Notes under the pieces: model-generated
What the model was told of the DNA's origin: nothing
The model's input: only the letters and a program-made list of their open reading frames with translations
Databases searched by the model: none
In this document: positions 25,318 to 32,000 of the stretch, in pieces
Position numbering within the stretch: the first letter of the stretch is position 1
How the letters are laid out: each line of letters begins with the position of its first letter
NCBI RefSeq assembly: GCF_000014265.1
Contig: NC_008312.1
Location: forward strand, 6,450,001-6,482,000
From: Trichodesmium erythraeum IMS101
Lineage (GTDB): Bacteria; Cyanobacteriota; Cyanobacteriia; Cyanobacteriales; Microcoleaceae
Length of the DNA stretch: 32,000 bases
Direction of reading: 5' to 3'
Program-made: the position numbers and the translations under genes

Positions 25318-26901
25318 TCAAAGAGCAACTGTATAAGCATTCCTAATTCCTGGTTCTTTAAGAATTTCAGTTAATATTTCTTCTGGTAATGGGTCATCAA
25401 CACTTAATACCATTACAGCATCACCTCTAACAATTTTACGTCCCACCTGCATACTAGCAATATTGACATTAAAACTCCCCAGAAGTGAACCAATTTTACC
25501 AATAATTCCCGGCATATCTCGGTGGAGAGTCAATAACATATATGGGCTAGGAGGGACATTAATTGGAAACCCATCAATATTAGTAATCCGAATCTCATCT
25601 TTTCCCAGCAAAGAACCTCGAACATTATGTTCACCCAGAGACCCTTTTGCTTCTAGATGTAATGAACCAGTATAATCTCGTACTGAATCATCTCTAGTTT
25701 CCACTACTCGAATACCTCGTTCTTTAGCTTCAATAAAAGCATTTACATAATTGACGCGCTCTCGCAAAGCTTGAGAAAGTAATCCCTTTAAAGCTCCTAC
25801 TACTACAGGTTTACTATCTCCACCGGCCAAATCTCCTTCAAGACGAACATTGAGAAAATCAATACGCCCACCGGCTAACTGACTTACCAAATTACCAAGA
25901 GTTTCGGCCAATCGTAAATAGGGCTTCAGTTTTTTTAAAGTATCAGGATACATACCAGGGATATTCACTGCCGATCTGGCAGGCAGCCCTAACAATACAT
26001 CTCGAATTTGTTCAGCAACATCTATTGCTACATTCACTTGAGCTTCAGCAGTAGAAGCACCCAAATGAGGAGTCATCACAATTTTTTGTCCCAAATCTCG
26101 TAGTGGGGACTCAACTTCTAGAGGCTCATTTTCATATACATCTAAAGCAGCTCCAGCAATTTTTCCTTCTTTTAGAGCTTTGGATAAAGCAACTTCATCA
26201 ATAATGCCACCTCTAGAACAATTAATAATCCGAGCTGTGGGTTTCATTTTGGCAAAAGTTTCAGCATTAATTGAGTGATAAGTTTCGTCAGTTTTGGGTA
26301 TATGGAGAGTAATATAATCAGACTCTTGGACTAAAAGATCCAGATCTACCAAACTACAACCCAATTGTTCTGCTCTTTCTTCAGAAATAAATGGATCATA
26401 AGCCAAAATTTTCATTCCCATAGCTTTTGCTACCTTAGCTACATGGGAGCCAATTTTACCTAAACCAACAACACCGAGAGTTTTTTTGTAGACCTCGACC
26501 CCGACAAACTTTTTGCGGTCCCATTGAGCATTGATAATTGATTGGTTAGCTTCTGGAACGTGGCGCGACATAGATAACATCATTGCCAAAGCGTGTTCTG
26601 CTGCAGCAATTGTATTTCCTTCTGGTGAGTTGACTACCACAATACCTTTACGGGTTGCTGCTTGTACGTCTACATTATCTACACCCACTCCAGCACGACC
26701 AATAATTTTTAGTTTATCGGCAGCTTCTATTATTTCTTTGGTAACTTTGGTACCAGAGCGAATCATTAAACCATCATATTCTGGTATAATTTTTACTAGT
26801 TCTTCTACTGGTAGACCTATTTTTATATCTACCTGAGCTACTTGGGAGAGAATATTTATTCCATTTTGATCGATTGAATCAGATACAAGAACTTTTGGCA
26901 T
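25318..26901 (-). CDS. serA: D-3-phosphoglycerate dehydrogenase (long form with ASB and ACT domains)
   Basis: 527 aa. Features: a 2-hydroxyacid dehydrogenase core (GRAGVGVDNVDVQAATRKGIVVVNSPEGN), the NAD motif GVVGLGKIGSHVA, and a C-terminal ACT domain (LLTLHRDMPGIIGKIGSLLGSFNVNIASMQVGR). Confidence 0.95.
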   Translation of the reverse strand: MPKVLVSDSIDQNGINILSQVAQVDIKIGLPVEELVKIIPEYDGLMIRSGTKVTKEIIEAADKLKIIGRAGVGVDNVDVQAATRKGIVVVNSPEGNTIAAAEHALAMMLSMSRHVPEANQSIINAQWDRKKFVGVEVYKKTLGVVGLGKIGSHVAKVAKAMGMKILAYDPFISEERAEQLGCSLVDLDLLVQESDYITLHIPKTDETYHSINAETFAKMKPTARIINCSRGGIIDEVALSKALKEGKIAGAALDVYENEPLEVESPLRDLGQKIVMTPHLGASTAEAQVNVAIDVAEQIRDVLLGLPARSAVNIPGMYPDTLKKLKPYLRLAETLGNLVSQLAGGRIDFLNVRLEGDLAGGDSKPVVVGALKGLLSQALRERVNYVNAFIEAKERGIRVVETRDDSVRDYTGSLHLEAKGSLGEHNVRGSLLGKDEIRITNIDGFPINVPPSPYMLLTLHRDMPGIIGKIGSLLGSFNVNIASMQVGRKIVRGDAVMVLSVDDPLPEEILTEILKEPGIRNAYTVAL

Positions 26902-27110
26902 AGGAAGTTAGTTAAATAATTGGGTTATTTGATTATTTTTCTTACTGAAACTTCTGCTTCAGTTTAATTTTTTTGTGCCTTAAATAACAACTATACTCTT
27001 CAAAGTAACAGTATGGGCCTCTAACTTAATTGATTGTCAGAAAAATTTTAGCTAAACTCTTGAGAAGCTTCACACCATAATTTTCAGTTTTGTCTGAAAT
27101 TAATCGACTC

Positions 27111-27143
27111 TAAATTCATGGGAGTTGATGTCCCATGAATTTA
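27111..27143. promoter_or_regulatory. perfect 13-bp inverted repeat with a 7-nt spacer (TAAATTCATGGGA gttgatg TCCCATGAATTTA), a candidate operator or RNA hairpin
   Basis: The arms 27111-27123 and 27131-27143 are exact reverse complements. The site is in the divergent serA / 27488 intergenic region, ~210 nt upstream of the serA start. A related half-site plus flank, CCCATGAATTAACAAATA, recurs at 27358-27375. Confidence 0.35.
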
Positions 27144-27487
27144 CAAACACTATACAAATACTAGTTTTTGTCTTAATAGTAAAAATTCATGTTACTATTG
27201 TCAAATCTGAAAACAATGGACAAAAAAACAATAAATGTAAATCTAAATTGCATAATTCAAGATTACTAAAATTGTGGCCTAATGTTTCCGACAAGTTATT
27301 ATAGAAAATCAATTCCTATCTACACTGTCCTATGTTGATGTGTTGGGATCTATACCCCCCATGAATTAACAAATATATGGCGGTGGGTTATCCCATTCTT
27401 AAACAGCCCCCTTGTCCGATGCAACAGCGGGACTGGGAAGCGATAAGCACACACTATATCGCCTGGTGATTTTAGGAGTATGTTATA

Positions 27488-28018
27488 TTGCCTTTATTAA
27501 TTTATATGAATTATCTCGTCGCTGTATTATCAGACCGCATTCAAGCTGAAGCTGCCTATTCTGCTTTGGAAAAAGAGGGTTTGCCTATTAAGCAAGTGGC
27601 AATACTTGGTCAGGGATATAAAACTGCTGATGAATATGGCCTAATCGATCCTAATGAGCAAGCCCGTAAACAATCACTCCGTATGGTGACTTGGCTTATA
27701 CCTTTTGGGTTTGCTGCTGGTTTTACTTTTAGTCTGATTACAGGTCTGAATACTTTTGCATGGGCAGGAGAATTTGGCAATCATTTTATTGGTGGTATCT
27801 TGGGTAGTATTTCTGGTGCAATGGGTGGAACTTTTGTTGGTGGTGGAGTCGGTGCAATGCTTGGCAGTGGTGATGCTTTACCTTATCGTAATCGTTTGAA
27901 AGCAGGTAAATATTTGATTGTTGTTAAAGGTTCGGAGTCTTTGACCCGTATAGCAACTCGCACTCTATATAAGTTTAAACCAGAAAATATTCAAGGATAT
28001 TCTACGCCGGAAAGTTAG
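27488..28018 (+). CDS. small membrane protein with a soluble N-terminal domain and a glycine-zipper TM region
   Basis: 176 aa. The glycine zipper is GGILGSISGAMGGTFVGGGVGAMLGSG. AGGAG at 27474-27478 lies 9 nt before the TTG at 27488. The first in-frame ATG is at 27506, so the true start is one of these two. Confidence 0.65.
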   Translation: MPLLIYMNYLVAVLSDRIQAEAAYSALEKEGLPIKQVAILGQGYKTADEYGLIDPNEQARKQSLRMVTWLIPFGFAAGFTFSLITGLNTFAWAGEFGNHFIGGILGSISGAMGGTFVGGGVGAMLGSGDALPYRNRLKAGKYLIVVKGSESLTRIATRTLYKFKPENIQGYSTPES

Positions 28019-28051
28019 AAGTCAGAAGTCATAAGTTGAAAGTCGGAAGAA
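28010..28051 (+). repeat. STRR-like heptamer tandem array (GAAAGTT AGAAGTC AGAAGTC ATAAGTT GAAAGTC GGAAGAA)
   Basis: Read directly. Six related heptamers. The array begins inside the last codons and stop (TAG 28016-28018) of the 27488-28018 CDS. Confidence 0.85.
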
Positions 28052-28319
28052 TCTTACAGTATAGAATTATATGGGTTTAGGCAACAGACCCAATAAACGT
28101 AAGTTTTAACCTGAATATAATAGATTTCATCAATGGTAAAGCACAGCTATAGTAGGCCAGGTTTTACTTAAACCCCGTCTGGCCCGGCGAGATATTTTTT
28201 AATATTTGTATTTATTATGCTAGAAATATGCTGTTTTTGAGGCTGAGATAAATATTATCTTTCCCTCCTGAATTTTAATTTATTTCTTCTTCTTTCTTAC
28301 TTACTTAGAAATAATAATT

Positions 28320-29099
28320 ATGTTACCAAAAGAAGAACTACTTAAAGGAATCCAAAATCGGGAAACTATCACTAGAATAATAGACTTAGCTGAACAAGCT
28401 ATTAAGACTTGGGAAATTACTCAGAGTGATTTTTTATCCCCACCAGAAATATTTGAGTCGGAAACAATTTTTCAAAAATTAACTGAGGTAGACATCGTTT
28501 CATGGGGTGGTTATCCTCAAGCTGAACGAAAAAGATTGGCGATCGCTCGTTCAGATTTACCTATTGATACTTCGAGTGTAGAACTAAAAGCTATTAATAT
28601 TGAAGGAAATTTTCTGTTTGATACTGCTACTCACCGAGACTTTCTTGGTTCTATGTTAGGTACAGGAATAGAGAGAGAAAAAACAGGAGATATTATTGTT
28701 TTGGGAGAACGAGGTGCTCAGGCAATTGTTGTTCCTAAATTGGTGGAATATTTAGAAATGAATTTTCAACAAGTTCGGTCTGTTCCTGTTAAAATTAAAC
28801 CTATAGAATTCAGTGAATTAAAAATAAGACAACCGAAAAAGAAAGAGTTAACAACTGTGGAAGCTTCCATGAGATTAGATGCCGTCGCTTCGGCAGGTTT
28901 TGGAATGTCTCGCAGTAAAATGGTTGACTTAATTGACGGAGGAGATGTAAGGGTTAATTGGAAAGAAATTAGTCAGGCAAGTTATACAGTAAAAACTGGA
29001 GATTTAATTGCTATTCGAGGAAAAGGAAGGTTAGAAGTAGGGGATATTGCAATTACAAAAAAAGAACGTTATAGAGTGCATTTGACAAGATATGTTTAG
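28320..29099 (+). CDS. S4-domain RNA-binding protein of the cyanobacterial photosystem II S4 / YlmH-like type
   Basis: 259 aa. It has a YlmH-like N-terminal and central domain. The C-terminal S4 motif is MRLDAVASAGFGMSRSKMVDLIDGGDVRVNWKEI. Confidence 0.75.
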   Translation: MLPKEELLKGIQNRETITRIIDLAEQAIKTWEITQSDFLSPPEIFESETIFQKLTEVDIVSWGGYPQAERKRLAIARSDLPIDTSSVELKAINIEGNFLFDTATHRDFLGSMLGTGIEREKTGDIIVLGERGAQAIVVPKLVEYLEMNFQQVRSVPVKIKPIEFSELKIRQPKKKELTTVEASMRLDAVASAGFGMSRSKMVDLIDGGDVRVNWKEISQASYTVKTGDLIAIRGKGRLEVGDIAITKKERYRVHLTRYV

Positions 29100-29599
29100 T
29101 AATTCATCATATCATAGTAATAACTTGAGAGATTTGCTTTAATTATTATTCAAATTTGATAAGCCATATCAGTTAAGATTTACTGGGGAGATTTTTCCTT
29201 GAAAAATTATTCTTTGAAATCTTTTCTAAAGTAATTAGAATATTCTGGGATTATGGTTTTATTCTAACACTGTTGTTATTTGATATGAATATGAAGCAAT
29301 TCTCAGATAATTGATATTGACAGTACTAATTATATTTAAGATTTCTTGAGTATCAGTTGTACTATTAATAGATAATTCTGTTTGTTCTTGAACTGTATTT
29401 ATATTAAGTAGGTCACTCTTAAAATTTGTCCCTATATAACAAAATATAAATTAATCTCAAATCAACTGTCTGAAGGAGCTTAGAGTTAGTACAAAAATTT
29501 TAATATAGCCAAGTTTTTTTCACGCCTACCTACTTAGTTGGTTTGGTTATTTTTGCGAGTGGGAATTACACAACTTTTAAACCCAAATTTTTTCTGTGA

Positions 29600-30860
29600 G
29601 AGGAAAAAATCAATAAAATTATTAGTCAACTAATCAAAAAAATGGAAAGACATAGCTGTACAAAAAGCTTTATAAGCATCAGTAAATATCTTCAAAAATT
29701 TATGCCCCTATTGCCTTTGTCATCCTTCAGTTAGCTGATCCCAATTTATAAAATTATAAGCACTTGAATACTAAGATAAAATGGCTATCTTGTCTCCATT
29801 TATATCTGACTTGATATTCTTTTAATCCCAACTATCATGAGCACTTCTCGGTAAAAAACCTCTATTCAGTTTCTGTTTGAGTAGGTATTTACTATCCATT
29901 TAAATGTCACTTTTTACCTCTCAATATTGGTAATTAAATAATCAATCTCTGTTGCCTTTTCTATAGAACTAGCATTCATAGCGATAGGGAAAGTTTTTTC
30001 TCTTTGAAGGGGTGAAATTGAACCTTTAAATGTTCTCACCCAAACTATTTTTGGTTTTTCTACACTTAAGATAACTGGCTCAAAATCATTTTTTGGTATG
30101 GTTTTACCTAATTCATCTTTTCTAGTTTCTATTTCCTGAAATAATTTTTGTTTAACTACTATTTTTCTATTTTTGGCGGTGCCTCCGCGCATATTTTAAT
30201 TCCTGGTTTTCGAGTTTTTTCAACAATCTTGTATTATTGCTTAATCCCAAATCAATTAAGACTATTCCTAAAGGATGACTTCTGGTCAGAGTAGAGTCTA
30301 TTTATACTATTCCTTAATCCTACTTTTTCTGAAATAATTTGTCATGTTTTATCTCTGGTAAAGAGCTTGAATTTTGAGCTTATTTAATGTTATTAGGAAA
30401 ATTTTTTTTGCAATCAGCAATCATGGGTTATTAAGGTTGCTATTCCATTATCTACTTTACCGATTTATCCAATGTATTGTTGCCCTACGACCGATGTAAA
30501 ATAACCACTTTTGCAGTGTCCAGAATCGTCTAAATTAAACTAAATTCTTTCTTAAATTTAGCTTGAAAAGGTTTATTAATTATTTCTAAGCTAGGTTGAT
30601 TGATTTTATTTAGTTCTCAAGGAGAATCTGAGATAAAATTATGTAGCCGATTATAAACTATTCCAATAGAGTTATTGAGAATTTACAATATGTTTTTCCT
30701 TCAAATATGCTTTATTAATCCACCTAGATAATGGCAAAATCATATTTTTTGAGGTTGATTTTTCCAAAAATTGTCAAACTTTTGGTACCTCTTTCAAAGC
30801 AGTGAGGCATGGTGTTAGGGGTTGTTTATCTCATCTAATAAAAGTTTTGAGGTAAAATCT
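29600..30860 (-). pseudogene. heavily eroded IS701-family (DDE) transposase pseudogene; boundaries approximate
   Basis: My own minus-strand translation gives FNLDDSGHCKSGYFTSVVGQQYIG*IGKVDNGIATLITH from 30530 downward. This fits the IS701 first-Asp region pattern DDTG..KKG....GV.RQY.G..GK..NG. In another frame I read GIVLIDLGLSNNTRLLKKLENQELKYA around 30265-30185, a VLADSLYG-like second-Asp region. At 29890-29850 I read VNTYSNRN*IEVFYRE, matching GN.YGLRNWIEYGFKQ with the Trp codon mutated to TGA at 29866-29868. The spacing from the first-Asp motif to the RNWIE motif (~220 codons) fits the family. Many stops and frameshifts are present. The 92-aa track ORF at 29914-30192 is an internal fragment of this relic. 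Confidence 0.6.
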
Positions 30861-30894
30861 TTTTTTAAAAAGTATTATAGCCTAATTTTACCGA

Positions 30895-31350
30895 TTAAGT
30901 TTTGTAAGTTTTACTAGGTGTATAACTTGAAATTAATTTAGATCTTTTAGACCGGATAAGGTTTGATAAAATATTTGTCTTACCTGAGAGACTTATAGTG
31001 GAATTATCCTCAATATTGTTATTGTTATTATTTAAGGAAATTTCTTGATTAAGTAGCTGATTATTAAGTACATTCTGATTAGGAATTACTAAGGTAGTAT
31101 CTAGATTTTGATTCACTCTATCATTATGAATAAAGTTAGTTATAGTAACATCAACATCTCCACCAATAACTGTTTGCTCTCCTGCGCTCAGGCTATCTCC
31201 AACATCGTCATCAATAATAACATTGACATTTCCAAGAATAACTGTTGGGTTTCTTGTAGTAATATCTTCTGATACTCTTTGTCTTAAACTTACTATTATA
31301 CCATCTGATTTCAGATCTATATTATAGGTTGTAATGTAACCATCTCTCAC
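30895..31350 (-). CDS. hypothetical Asn/Ile-rich ORF, possibly a remnant of a larger gene
   Basis: 151 codons. The only candidate start is a GTG. The composition is low-complexity (NQNVLNNQLLNQEISLNNNNNNIEDN). I see no convincing RBS. The ORF ends where the IS relic begins. Weak call. Confidence 0.3.
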   Translation of the reverse strand: MRDGYITTYNIDLKSDGIIVSLRQRVSEDITTRNPTVILGNVNVIIDDDVGDSLSAGEQTVIGGDVDVTITNFIHNDRVNQNLDTTLVIPNQNVLNNQLLNQEISLNNNNNNIEDNSTISLSGKTNILSNLIRSKRSKLISSYTPSKTYKT

Positions 31351-31409
31351 GTCTACAAACGAAAATTTATCACCCTTGGTATAATTGTTAATTATTAATT
31401 CTCAAAAAC

Positions 31410-32000
31410 ATGACTATCAAGCTCAACCAAACAGAAGCCGTATCAATGGCCACAGCCATCAAAGCAGGGGAAACTACTGCTGAAATTTTAATAAACAAAT
31501 GTCTTGAACAAATTTATGAGAATAACCGAACTTTAAATTGCTTCACCGCTATCACAACAGAAAGCGCACTTAATGCTGCCAAACAAATAGATAGAGACAT
31601 TTCTCAAGGCAAAAACCCCGGTCTCTTAGCAGGAATACCCTTCGCCGTCAAAAACCTCTATGACATTGCAGGTTTAACCACCCTTGCTGGAGCCAAAATT
31701 AATGCCGAAAACCCACCTGCTACCCAAGACGCAACCGCCGTTACCAAACTAAAAAAAGCAGGTGCAATTCTGGTTGGTGCCCTCAATATGGATGAATATG
31801 CCTACGGTTTTGTTACAGAAAATAGTCACTACGGTGCAACACCTAATCCTCATGATCTCAGCCGTATCTCCGGGGGTTCCTCTGGTGCCTCTGCTGCTGC
31901 GGTTGCTGCGGGTTTAGTACCCATTACCCTTGGTTCCGATACGAACGGTTCCATCCGCGTACCTGCTTCTCTCTGTGGTGTTTTTGGGTTTAAGCCGACT
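31410..32000 (+). CDS. amidase-signature family amidohydrolase (AtzE-like), N-terminal 197 codons; 3' end lies beyond the window
   Basis: ATG at 31410. The translation is MTIKLNQTEAVSMATAIKAGE...GIPFAVKNLYDIAGLTTLAG...NMDEYAYGFVTENSHYGATPNPHDLSRISGGSSGASAAAVAAGLVPITLGSDTNGSIRVPASLCGVFGFKPT. This carries the AS-family Lys and the Ser-cisSer region. The GSDTNGSIRVPASLCG variant is what I recall for AtzE-type members. Confidence 0.88.
   Translation, partial: MTIKLNQTEAVSMATAIKAGETTAEILINKCLEQIYENNRTLNCFTAITTESALNAAKQIDRDISQGKNPGLLAGIPFAVKNLYDIAGLTTLAGAKINAENPPATQDATAVTKLKKAGAILVGALNMDEYAYGFVTENSHYGATPNPHDLSRISGGSSGASAAAVAAGLVPITLGSDTNGSIRVPASLCGVFGFKPT

Noticed and set aside
24300-26836. Plus-strand ORFs 24300-24545, 25463-25675 and 26531-26836.
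   Set aside because: They are antisense to prmA and serA, whose own frames carry unambiguous family motifs.
29914-30192. The 92-aa ORF was considered as an independent small gene.
   Set aside because: It is collinear with, and flanked on both sides by, out-of-frame fragments of the same IS701-like transposase. It is best explained as the longest surviving open fragment of the pseudogene.
1-32000. A search for a compact novel multi-gene system (defence island, toxin-antitoxin, secretion apparatus, biosynthetic cluster, retron/DGR, CRISPR-Cas).
   Set aside because: I recognised no nuclease/ATPase/methylase defence-type combination, reverse transcriptase, cas gene, T1SS component or biosynthetic enzyme in any frame. 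The unexplained signal here is non-coding (repeats, long ORF-free stretches, palindromes) plus the RTX pair. I did not force a system call.

Overview
This is an AT-rich cyanobacterial chromosome segment. Evidence for that origin: at least nine HIP1 octamers (GCGATCGC, starting at 2331, 5588, 10508, 13851, 17291, 19684, 21920, 23819, 28539), STRR-like heptamer tandem arrays, and a photosystem-II-type S4-domain protein. The species cannot be named from the sequence alone.

Gene content in order:
- gyrA, 3' part (+)
- lnt (+)
- an orphan solute-binding lipoprotein immediately followed by a Cache/HAMP sensor histidine kinase (+)
- a 1.3-kb ORF-free stretch
- recJ (+)
- two adjacent giant RTX/cadherin-like proteins (-), 7.2 kb including the spacer between them
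- a 750-aa SF1-helicase-like P-loop protein (-)
- a 1.7-kb ORF-free stretch
- a small polytopic membrane protein (+)
- prmA (-) and serA (-)
- a glycine-zipper membrane protein (+)
- a PSII-type S4-domain protein (+)
- a roughly 2.3-kb degenerate AT-rich block holding a heavily eroded IS701-family transposase pseudogene (-) and a doubtful 151-codon ORF
- the 5' part of an amidase-signature (AtzE-like) gene (+)

Confident CDSs sum to about 72% of the window by my own coordinate sum, which is low for a bacterium. No rRNA, tRNA or CRISPR array was found, and I could not recognise a defence, secretion-machinery or biosynthetic gene cluster.

I cannot point to a clear new multi-gene system. The best candidates for a second look are:
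1. the paralogous RTX/cadherin pair, with an unassigned shared C-terminal domain and a beads-on-a-string N-terminus;
2. the solute-binding protein plus sensor kinase pair with no transporter;
3. the degenerate helicase-like protein;
4. a family of short dispersed intergenic repeats and shared motifs in the long non-coding stretches;
5. a perfect 13-bp palindrome and a GC-rich leader in the serA divergent intergenic region.

All family assignments come from motif recognition by eye. No database search was run.
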